Source: Xylographa opegraphella (taxonomy: Eukaryota). Taken from it: a DNA stretch of 64,000 nt. The notes beneath the pieces are model-generated. The model did not search any database and was not told the DNA's origin. It saw nothing but the letters and a program-made list of their open reading frames with translations. A program made the position numbers and the translations under genes. Positions 34,146 through 44,667 of the stretch are shown piece by piece (positions within the stretch are counted from its first letter, which is position 1; each line of letters begins with the position of its first letter). The stretch is from assembly GCA_022813865.1 (NCBI GenBank), contig JALDZX010000020.1, forward strand, positions 1 through 64,000. The letters run 5' to 3'.

Positions 34146-37100
34146 ATGGCTGAAGCTCTAGAGGCTCCAACTCTGATTCCTGTGGGAAGGCCAATCAGTC
34201 TGATGTATGTTGTCCAACCACTGAAATTCACACTCTATTGATATGCTTTATGCAGACCTGTTGGCCTGAAGGAGGCAGCTCTAGACTCTCCATCCTTCCG
34301 TGCGACAACTTTACACTTCAGTGAGCAAGTCGACGCGGTGGAAAAATGGCTAGAAGGCTCTATCAAATCAGTCGTCAAGCTATCGCATGAAATTTCCCAA
34401 CTAGACTCCTTGGTGCATGGTTTCCTCAATTCTATCAGTCCCCCAGCGCAGCTATCTGAAGCTATCATCGACCACGACTACACCTTGCTTGCAGTGAAAC
34501 AGTACGGCGAAGGTGCCAAGGATTTCTGGGTATCCACTTTGGGTGGACTCAAGAAGCTTGAAGGCACAATCGTTGAGCCAAGCAGATCCTTTCTACAAAA
34601 TGAGCTTCGTGGTTTTAAGGTACCAGTCCTCGTATCCTGACATTGGCCCACTGGTACTAATTTTGCAGGACACTCGTCGACAGCTCGACCAGTCCCAGAG
34701 ACAGCTCGATAATCTTCAGTCGCGCTACTCTGCTCAAACCAAGACGAAGGAGGCATCGGCGCTACGTGAGGATGCTTTCCAGCTTCACGAAGCACGGAAG
34801 GCGTATCTGAAAGCGTCAATGGACTTCTCCATTGCGGCTCCTCAGCTACGAATGTCATTTGATAAGCTACTTGTAAGGATTTTTTATGATCAATGGCGAG
34901 ATATGCGGACTTCCAGGGAGAACACCAATCCGTTATTCCTGAAGTGGAACAACGACCTCGAACGAATCAAAGGCTGGAGTCGCGAAATGGAGAGCGGCGA
35001 GAAGACTTTTCGAAAGGAACTTCAAACAGCACGTAAGCAGATTGAGGATACTGCAGAAGTTTCTGCAAGGCCTTCGCGTGAGTTGGAGGATTACTCTACA
35101 GATTTGGCGGCCACCGTAGGCTCAAAGGGGCCCTCGACAAGCACCGTGCAGCCAAAATCAAAGTCCGTTATGCCGGAAAAGCAGGGCTGGCTGAACCTCA
35201 GGACATTATCTGGTAAGCCAGCCCGAGCGTTATGGGTGAGAAGGTGGTTCTTCGTAAAGAATGGTATCTTTGGATGGCTGGTACAGGGTTCCCGATCGGG
35301 AGGAGTTGAAGAGAGTGAGAGAATTGGAGTATTACTTTGTGGTGTTCGACCGGCTGCTCAAGAGGAACGAAGGTTTTGCTTCGAAGTCAAAACTAAGGAT
35401 ACAACCATACTTCTACAGGCGGAATCTCAACAAGAGCTTGCGGATTGGATGGGCACGTTTGATATTGCGAAACAAAAAGCTTTGGAGGATCCGGCTAGTA
35501 CGGACTCACCGGTAACGACAGCACCTCGAGCTTTGGACCCGGCATTTGCAATTTCACAACCAAGCGCTCCCGAGTTTGCTGCCAGTGCAGCTGATGCCGG
35601 TATGCAACAATCATTAGATGACTCCAATCTATCATATGACCGTGCCTCCACATTACCGGCGCCTGGAAGCGATACGACTGGCCCGATCTATCGAGGGAGT
35701 TTCGATATCGGCTCAAATCGACGCGCTTCGGCAATGGATAAAGAAAGCGATAGCAGCCGAGATCAAGCTAATAAAATCATTCAAAAACTCGACCTTCACC
35801 GTAGAGGTGTCGTTGGGTCCACTGGTGTACCAACGCTGGCCGCATCTACCTCTTCACTCGCTTCTGGAGGTATTGCTAGTCTTATATCCGCAAGTCATAT
35901 GTCACTTCCAGTTGGTCCTGGCGCAATGCCACCATTACAAACCTCGGACTCTCAAGCTGCTCGACAAACTAATCTAATGCGCAACTTGCCACCCAGTACT
36001 CTCGCACCTTCCACCCTGGCCAATCCACCAAATCCGACGAACCTCAGTACTACTGCGGTAATTGTCAACGGCGAAAGAGGTATAGGCATGGGCCGAGCCG
36101 ACATGACGGGCGGAATGCCCAGTGGTATAATGGCCAATCTCTGGGGCAGCTCGAACTGGGGTTATATCAATAGAATTGAACGTGGAGAAGTCAAGCCTAC
36201 TAGAGAAGGTGGGAAACACGTCACTATAAATCCTAATCCATTTTCCCAGGGCTCGGAAGCGTCAATGGCTATCAATGGTACAACAAACGCAGAACCACAG
36301 CGGCACAGCTCTCTGATCGACAAAGAGAAAGCAGCGTCAATCATGCGTGAGCCATCACCTGGCCATCGCAAGACAATCAGTCTTGGTGGTGATGCGGCAG
36401 ACTTGCAAAGAACACTTATTGTACCTCAACCCTTCCCAAATTACTATCCATTGCAGTTGAAAACCCAAGATGCTCAGTTCCGGCTTCTCTTCCCCAATGT
36501 GAAATCAGAAGAGAAACTGGTGCTTGTATTTAGGGCAACTTGGAACCCCAACGACTTGCAAGAATTTCCTGGCAGAGTATACGTTACTGCGAAGGACACA
36601 TATTTCTATAGCAACCATCTCGGACTTGTCTTGATTACTAGTATCAGCCTTGCCAGCATTCTCGAGGTAACTGCTGCTCCTGGGAGGGACTGCGACTTCA
36701 TCTTCCTCCATCTCAAGCAGACAACCGCTAAAGTAGACTTTACCCGAGTTACTGTCAAAACATTCCTCGAACCTCTCAAATTACTACAAAAGAGGTTGAA
36801 CTTTTTGGTTCAAAACTGCAATTCAGACGAGCCGTATGATCTTGAAAACATCATGAAGATCCTGATCAAGTTGGAGCACGAAGATGATATTAAAAGCCCC
36901 AGTCTGGAAAGCTGGGAAGATGGCCCTTCAACACCTACGGAATCCTTTCAGCGCAACGGACCGCTCAGAACAGCCCGCGATCTAAGGGCAAATGTCCTCG
37001 TTGACCAGGGCCTTCTCGGACACGCACGGAGGTCTGATGAGAATAAAGAAGCCAAGAGATTCAAACTTCCAGGACAGCCTGTCGTCTATGTACCAAGGGG

Positions 37101-38427
37101 TGTGACTCACGTGGCAGTTGAGAAAGAATTAGACATAAGTCCAAAAGCTCTCTTTCACGTGATGTTTGGAGATAGAAGTGCTGTTTGGCAATTACTCTAT
37201 CAAGAGCGTCAAGCCCAGCGTATCAAACAGGGACCGTGGGTTCAAGAAGAGCAGCAGCATCTTCGTCGCACTTTTGAGTACAGCATTGAATATCTAGGGA
37301 TGCTGCGCCAGATATGTCAGGCTGACATCAAGGACAATCAAATGATCGATGTCCTGAACGATCATCTTTGCTACGTCGCGACTGATAGGAAAACGCCATG
37401 GCATCTGCCTTATCATCAACATTTCACCCTTATCAGCAAGATCGTTATCACTCATATTGCCAAATCCAAGTGCAAGTTAGCCATCTACACAGCAGTGGAC
37501 TGGTCATGGAAGCCCCTGATAGTGGGCGGTATGATTGAGGCAAAAGCACTATCAGAACTCCAACTCGATGCCCTGGATCTCGCGGACGTCATTACAGAGC
37601 AGGTCAGGAAATTAGGAGCCCATAGCCGCACTAAAAAGGCTATTCAGATATTCGGCCAGGTTGGCCAGTTGAAACACGTAACGGAATTTGGGCCGAACGA
37701 CTCGAAAGTGGCTTCCCAAGCACGCCGTTTCTCAGGAAGAAGATCCTTAACGTACCTTACTTTGGAAGCCGCAGGCTCCATAGCTGAGGATGTTGTTACT
37801 TCTGCAGTGATAAGTACAGCTGGAGTTGTCAAGTGGATGTGGAGGACAGTCAACGCTAATCTCATTATACTTATCATATTAGCCATAAGTGTTATGACCA
37901 ACCTCTTCTTCTCATCACAAGAAACATCTGAGTGGTGGAAAGAGCGTCATGCGGGAAGTCTTATGAGCAGACTGGGCGTCGGCCCTGATCTCGTCATGAG
38001 TAAGGCAGTACATCTTCAAGATCTCGATCTGGCTATTATGGTCGATAAGAATATAAGCTTCAGCGAAGCCGGGCCCTGCTTCCAGGCCTTTCAAGCTGTT
38101 ACTTCTCTTGAGAGTCCCTCCTCCTCGTCCGGGTCAACAGCGCGTCGTCTGCAGCGCACAAGACGGCATCTCGGCACTTATCGCCACGATCTGATGGTAG
38201 CTATGCGCGTGGTCAACAGTATCGAAAAGGAGATCTTGCAAGCCGAGTGGGAAGACTGGATTGTTGGAGAAACAACAAGATGTACCAAGATGGAGAAGAT
38301 TATAGCGAACGAGAACGAGACGCAAGTGCAGGATATGAGGCGGACGAAAGGCCGGTTCGATGAATACTGTGCAAGTTGCAATGAAGCACAGACGCAATTA
38401 CTGGGACACAATGAGAAGCTGATCTGA
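34146..38427 (+). CDS. SIP3: SIP3/LAM1-like membrane-contact-site protein (BAR, PH, GRAM-like, VASt/StARkin, TM; ~1393 aa); exons 34146-34204, 34256-34619, 34669-38427
   Basis: PVGLKEAALDSPSFR N-terminus; PH domain (EKQGWL...WVRRWFFVKNGIFGW...ERRFCFEVKT); VASt-like region (ISPKALFHVMFGD...DRKTPWHLPY); TM helix near 37860. Both introns are GT-AG. Confidence 0.9.
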
Positions 38428-38799
38428 GTGGCATTTGTCTTTGTATAGAGTATTAGTTTACATGATACCCCAAGCATTGGAGGAGCTGTAAATTGTATAA
38501 ATCATTTCAGCTGAAGATTGTTATGCTTGTGATATTATCTACGAAAATCTCGATTTCGACTCTGTACTGATTTTCGAGCGTGAAAATGTCAAACTCCTAC
38601 ATTGAGCCGTCGCGAGTTCACAATATTCAAGTCCATACTTCTCATAGGTCGTGGCGTGAATTGAGTGTTTCGACATCGGAGCAGTTATAACCCCGCACAA
38701 ATCTCTTTACACGAGGTAGGTATGTACAATTAGCTTAAGCAGGTTCGTTGCTAGAAGTATCCTTTTAACAATATTCCAACAAGCTCCGCTCTCTCCCTA

Positions 38800-39879
38800 T
38801 CACGATATTTTCGCCACCCTCTTCCGTGCAACGTCTACCTTTCCGGCCACCCTCGTCACGTCCTCATCCAGCATCCCCAGCATCTCGTTCTGGACCACCA
38901 ACTCCTGATTGATCTGCTCACCCAGCTCTCGCTGCCTCCGCACCGCCGCCGCCAGCACGCTCACGTCCTCATCCTGCTCTCTCATCATCTGCTGCTGTAA
39001 TTGCAAGACCCCTGCGTTATCCAACTCCCTCGTCCTCGCCGTCTCCTTCCCCAGCACCCTCCCGCTCCCCACCGCCTTCTTACCCGACCCATTCGCCGCT
39101 GCAGCCCCCATCCCCAGCAACGCCCCCTTATCCGCCATCGCGGCGTCCACCTGCGCCTTCGCCACCATGGCGCTCAGCAGGCCCTCCAGGCTCTCCTTCT
39201 CCTTCCGCGCGGATGCCACCAGGTCTTTCCGCCGCCGCACCTCCCCCTCCCCGAGCTTTTGGCTACCCCAGTCATCCCCGCTCTTCTTCAGCCCCTCCGC
39301 CAGAGTCGCGATCGTGGTCCCCGCCTTCACCAGGCTTTTCTTCGCTTGCGCGCTCGCCTCGTGCTGCACTTGCGTGTTCCCCGCCGCCTGGTCGCGTCGC
39401 GTGATCTGGATGCGCGCCTCGTGCAGCTGCGTTTTCAGCTCGCGGTGCATGTCCAGCCAGACCACGAGGTCAGTGACGGGCCCGCTGGTGGCGGAGCTGA
39501 TGGTGCCGTGCAGGTTGGACGCTATACTGGACTTGGCGGATACGGAGCTGGGGAGGTTGAGGAAGGCGCGCCAAACGGAGGTGTCGCGCCAGCGGGGATC
39601 GGAGCACGAGCTGATGGTCTGGAGGTACTTTTCTAAACCGACGCGCCGCGATTCGGCAAGCGCGAGGTTGTGTGTAGAGTTTGAGAAGTAGGATTTTGGA
39701 GGGGGGGAGATGGGGGGTGTGGCGGATGCTTGGGAACTGAGTTGTGAGTGGAGAGTGAGGAATTCGGAGAAGCGCTTCTGGAGCGTAAAGGAGCGGAGCG
39801 GGAGGCGTATGGAGATGGTGTAAGTGGTGTGAGGCTTGGGGTTGGTAGCAAGCTGAGTGCTGGGTATTGAGATCTCCAT
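38800..39879 (-). CDS. VAM7: PX-domain plus Qc-SNARE vacuolar fusion protein
   Basis: N-terminal PX (YTISIRLPLRSFTLQKRFSEFLTLHSQL...PPPKSYF...RRVGLEKYL); C-terminal SNARE (QQQMMREQDEDV...GEQINQELVVQNEMLGMLDEDV); no TM anchor. Start taken as MEISIP at 39879. Confidence 0.9.
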   Translation of the reverse strand: MEISIPSTQLATNPKPHTTYTISIRLPLRSFTLQKRFSEFLTLHSQLSSQASATPPISPPPKSYFSNSTHNLALAESRRVGLEKYLQTISSCSDPRWRDTSVWRAFLNLPSSVSAKSSIASNLHGTISSATSGPVTDLVVWLDMHRELKTQLHEARIQITRRDQAAGNTQVQHEASAQAKKSLVKAGTTIATLAEGLKKSGDDWGSQKLGEGEVRRRKDLVASARKEKESLEGLLSAMVAKAQVDAAMADKGALLGMGAAAANGSGKKAVGSGRVLGKETARTRELDNAGVLQLQQQMMREQDEDVSVLAAAVRRQRELGEQINQELVVQNEMLGMLDEDVTRVAGKVDVARKRVAKIS

Positions 39880-40224
39880 GGCGAGCGTATATATGTGGTT
39901 ATTATCTGCAGTGAATTGGTAATTTGGAAGAGAGTTCGTGTTGCTGTGGATCCTGGCAACTGCTTTCGAGTTCAAACAATATCTTAAGAGTCGCACGACG
40001 ACGTCACACGCCAGCGGTAACACGACCATCCCCGGGTAAAACCACTGATTACGGAGAATAGAGTAAGCTAGATTAGGTAGATACTGAAACGACATTTAAT
40101 TGACTCTTCGATGCAACTCTTCTCAAAGAATGCAGTACATGCTAAAGATGGATGTCTCAATGCCCGCGACTAATGCTTGGATGTTTATATGGCCACAGTT
40201 GCCTATCAGGTCCGCTTTCCTTAT

Positions 40225-40436
40225 CTCCCCTGTGCCCGACGACAAATGCATGGGGGGCCACTTTGACGAAAGCGATCGCAAAGGCTTGATCGATGCCTTT
40301 ACCAGCGCTGGTGACCATCACAACTTTACTTCTTGGCCGTGAGGAAGGAATAGGACTCATCAATCGCCGAGGAAGTCATGTCGTGAAAAGTCCTGGTGAA
40401 ATAGGCCTGGAGGTCATTTCCAAAGATGAATGTTGC
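40225..40436 (-). pseudogene. Degenerate 5' fragment of a short-chain dehydrogenase/reductase
   Basis: Reads FTRTFHDMTSSAIDESYSFLTAK, then a 1-nt frameshift, then SKVVMVTSAGKGIDQAFAIAFVKVA. This is a decayed form of the fungal SDR start FTxTYH..Y.AIDP...LSAKGKVVLVTGAGKGIGQA. No catalytic YxxxK region seen downstream. Confidence 0.65.
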
Positions 40437-41677
40437 TTTTGATCTTACACGGCCCACACAAGCACCTTCTCTGTGCCCTGTCTAGTTATCGGTAGAGATT
40501 CCTGCGGTAGTCCTGATGTATTCGGACTCAAAGAGCTGTGGTCATAGCGCTATCGAGCGTCTCTCAATCTTTAATATGGTAAAGTGGCGACCGGAGCTGC
40601 TGACAAACCAGTAAATGAACATCCTAAACCTTCTCCCCCAAAAACGCTAGATGGACCGACATCGAACTCCTGGGATTTTCATGACTCCCCACATCCATAT
40701 ACCAAGCTTTGAGAACGACTCTGATTCGATCTCGGGATGTCTTTCAACCACTTAATCTCGTCCCGATGGAGATTGTGTCGTTATGACTCAATAAGCAATG
40801 CGGAGCACCAATATCTAGGTTTCATCTGCCTTGCCCTACCATGGAAACTGCAATCAAAGGGGCAGCATCCACAAAATACGCAAACCATGATGAGCACCAC
40901 CCACAAGCTGGGCTTCCTATTGGTCAAAAGACTCAGGTCTGTACACGATGCCTTTGAAGCTTTCTGTATTTTTGATATGCTGTTGGTTCGCCAAATTTTT
41001 GAGTGCTATGACTGGCTTGGCCCGATACCGCGAATGTTATGGTCATCAGAACGCTCAAAGTGGCCACTGGGGACGTGTGCTTGCAAGTTGTGCATCGGAG
41101 GTTGCTACTGGCCACGAGCGTTTAATGTCATGACATATCGCTATACTACCCCACCGCGGACGAGAGCAACTTATTTCCGTTCATGTTCCTGTAATTTTAA
41201 CATGCTGCGAAGCCATCAAGCCGCATCCGCAATGTGATACTTGTTCCTTTTGGTTTTCCTTATCCGGCTCTAGGGTCACCATTATGGCTTTTATTGAGTT
41301 TGCCGAAAGAATACCTGATGGCGAACCTTGTGCTTCGAAGTGAATACGCTGGGTGTTAAAGTCACGAAAATGTATATATGACCCAAAAATATTTTCTCAA
41401 TACTCTAGTTCCAGTCTGAACCTTGTCTTGCCTCTATATGATCCATAAATAGCCCATCTCCTTCCAGTTTCCGTTCTTCTTCCCAAGTACAGTTCTTTCC
41501 ATTGATCGTCCACAATTTCTCTCATATCGTGACTACGTGACTCTGCAAATCTTCGCCCTGGTGAACATCAAACGTCGTAAGTAAGCTAACTAACACAATG
41601 TTTTATTAACTAAAACAAGAACAGTAATCACACTCACCTGCAGCTGTCTTCGTCTCCCGCTCACGGATCTGTTCGCC

Positions 41678-44217
41678 ATGTCTTCAGCGAACAGCTTCGT
41701 GGCTTTGTACCTCCGCTTCCTAACCGTGATACTCGCCCTCGAATCCCTCTTCTTCGACCCCGCGATAGCTACCTCAACCATGCGATGGGTGAACCGAAGA
41801 TCCAGAGCCACCGAAAACGTCGCCTCTACCTCCGCTCCCGTCCCGGTCTCTATCCCTTCCGTCCACGTGGAACCCACTCCACCGATCACCACGACCGCCA
41901 GCCTCTCCGCCCGCGACTCCACCTATGACGACGATACCAGCTCCTCAAGCGCGACGCAGTACTGCGACCCGGCCTTCTTCGACGCCAAGAACTTCGGCGA
42001 ATCGGGCGCGGGCCCGTGGTACGCGGCGTGGGTGCACGCGCGGATCGAGAAGAACTCGGTGGCATGGCAGAACCGCGTGTCGGAGCCGGCGTACTTCGCC
42101 GAGCACGAGGTGCACTGGCCGGACATGGACTGCGGCGTCTCCTACCGCGGCTGCCACAACATGCCGAACTGCAACGAGATCTTGGAGCTGGCTGGTGGAA
42201 ACGCGACGCATGCGCGGCTGGTGTACTTTGTCCTGCAGTCGTATCACAACATGAACCTTGTCGCTGGGGTCGTGAGCGTAAGGCCTTGGCTCCTGTGTTC
42301 TAATCCTGTCCGGTAGGCTGATCGTTAATATTTTGAGCAGGAACAAACCCTCGCTGCGGAGACGAACGTTCTTGGAATGTCCAGCAGCATGGCGAACACG
42401 TTCTTCTGGAAATATGACCCCGCGCAACAGGCAAGATGCGACTTGGTATCGGGTTTCATCAAAGGGGCTATCGGCGCGCTGATGGCGGCTCTGCTCATGG
42501 TCGTCCCTATCGTTGGGCCATTCGTCACACCCGAAGCATTGGCAGTTGAAGGCGCAGAAGCCGCCACAGTCGAGGCAGGATGGGATGTTGCGACGTTGGA
42601 GGCGCAGGGGTTTATGGCGGCGGCGAGGGCAGTCGAGATATGGAGATCCCGTTTACGACCAACCGTCGGCGACGTTGCGCATCTGCCCGAATTGAAGGTA
42701 AAGGGTGACTGGGCTTGGAAGTCAAAAGTCCCGTATAACTTCGGGAAGAATTGGAACAAGTATGCCAGTACACCGCTGGCGAATGCGCCGTGGAATATGC
42801 TTTCTGGATTTCCTGCGCAGGTCCGTCCCGGACACTTTCGTTCTTGAGTGGTGTCTGGGTTAACGTGTCTGTAGTTCTACATGGCGCCGCTCACTGATGG
42901 TATCTGCAAACACTTCCCGAACCCTTCCAAGGACGCCCCGCTGCTCTACGAGCAACAGCTTTCCATGCAGATCCAAATGGCAGGGCGCAGTTTCCGGAAG
43001 CAGATCGACGGCGAAATGGCCAGCCTCAACCGCGGAACTGGGTACGGCGAAAATGGTGCCTTCCTCCCCGACGATACGACCACCCTGGCAGACGCAATCA
43101 TCCTCGGAGTCTACGCCGGGATGACCCGAACCTCGCACGAGCGCTTCGTCGAAAACCCCAGCATCATCGAGCAGCAGATGACGAACCACTTCAAGAACGC
43201 GCTCATCTCCTCGGCGCTCAAGTCGCAGATGTGCCATCTTCACTGCACGCCAATCGACGTTGCGGAGGCCAGCCCCTGGACGGATATCAATCGTTTCTGC
43301 CCGGACCCCAACACCGTCTGCCAGGCGCAATGCTGGCAGAACAGTAACAAGGCTCACAACATGCCCATCTTCGGCGGCGACGCACTCAGCACGCCTGGTA
43401 ACCCGTGGGAAATGTCGCTGAGCGGCTTCCTCGAGGGCTCATACCGGCACTGGCAGCAATACCGCATGAAGCCGACGAACATGTTCCCCAGCATCAACGA
43501 CCTGCTCTCCGACAAGCTCGAGGACACTTCCGGCTGCTTCCTACCTGTCTGTATGGACCTGCACTCGCCGCCTAAAGTGGCCTCGGCCGACAACCACGAC
43601 GTCCCATGCACGTGCGGCGACACGTACGGCAACGAGACGGCCGGATTCCTGCACGAAGCCGGCTTCGAGCAGTGGTCGGAGATCAAAGACAGCCGCGAAG
43701 CGCTCGGTCACCGCTGCTTCGACAACATGATGCGGACCAGCAAAGCGACGCGCAACCCGATCACGCAGTACCTGACCTTCTGCGGGGAGCAGGTGCACTG
43801 GCCGACGAACAACGACGGGCACAACTGGTTCTTCGACGGCGCAGACGCGCACTGCGCTGCAGTCCGGAGCGCGGTCACGGAGCTCCAGTCCCGCGGCAAG
43901 GACGAGGAGTACGTCACCTGCAAGATGTGCTTCGGCAGTCCGCTGGCGATCGAGATCGAGGCCGTGCAGAAGGAGTTCGTCCACTACGGCGCGAGGCAGT
44001 GGCACCAGAACTACCGGGAGCTCTGCAGGCAGTGGGCGCGTGAGCGGAAGGGCAAGGAGGCGGTGTGCAAGGACGAGCTGTCGGAGAAGGAGAGGGCTTC
44101 GTGGAGGGATTGGGCGGATGATACGTCGACGAACTCTGCAGATAGGTGGGACTGGTAAGCTCGTCCTGCAATTTTGCCGTGTGAAGGGGGTGACTGACTT
44201 GCGCTAGGCATCCATGA
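41678..44217 (+). CDS. Large putative secreted Cys-rich protein of unknown function (~789 aa); exons 41678-42277, 42341-42820, 42875-44154, 44208-44217
   Basis: Three track ORFs join in frame via introns 42278-42340 and 42821-42874; probable last intron 44155-44207. Hydrophobic N-terminus, S/T/P linker, ~22 Cys, strong third-position GC bias. TATA-like ATAAATA at ~41445 and a probable 5'UTR intron 41577-41643. Confidence 0.82.
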
Positions 44218-44667
44218 GACGCCAATGTGCCAGGCTCGTACGGAGAGTGCGAGATTACATTCAAGGTAACTATCCATTGCGTTGAGCGTTGGAAATATGA
44301 GAATATAGCGTTGCGTTTGTTCGGAGTCTGGGACTCGGGACGCTGCGGCGAAAGTATTTGCTTTGAATAAGGTAAACGATCGTAACTTTATGCTTAAGAT
44401 TCCTAAGACATCATGCAAGCGTTTTTATTCCTCTGCTGAGCCCCGATTGGACCATTATTTGAGAAATCTCTATATCCTATGGCACTACCTCTTGAGACTT
44501 TGAGTACTCGGGCATCTCGTGGATCGCACCGGGTACCAGGAGTCAAGATATGTAAGCTACCAACTATATGATCACCATGCAGTTCGTGCCTATGCATGCT
44601 GAAGGTTAAATTCTACTATATTGCAGCACCTCCTTTCCGATCCGCCGTTCCACACCACCTAGGTTTT

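Noticed and set aside
39880..40095. N-terminal extension of VAM7 in the ORF track (also the extensions on 31631..33634, 34513..38427 and 58403..60070)
   Set aside because: Artefacts of upstream starts or read-through into introns; conserved N-termini are recovered by the spliced models.
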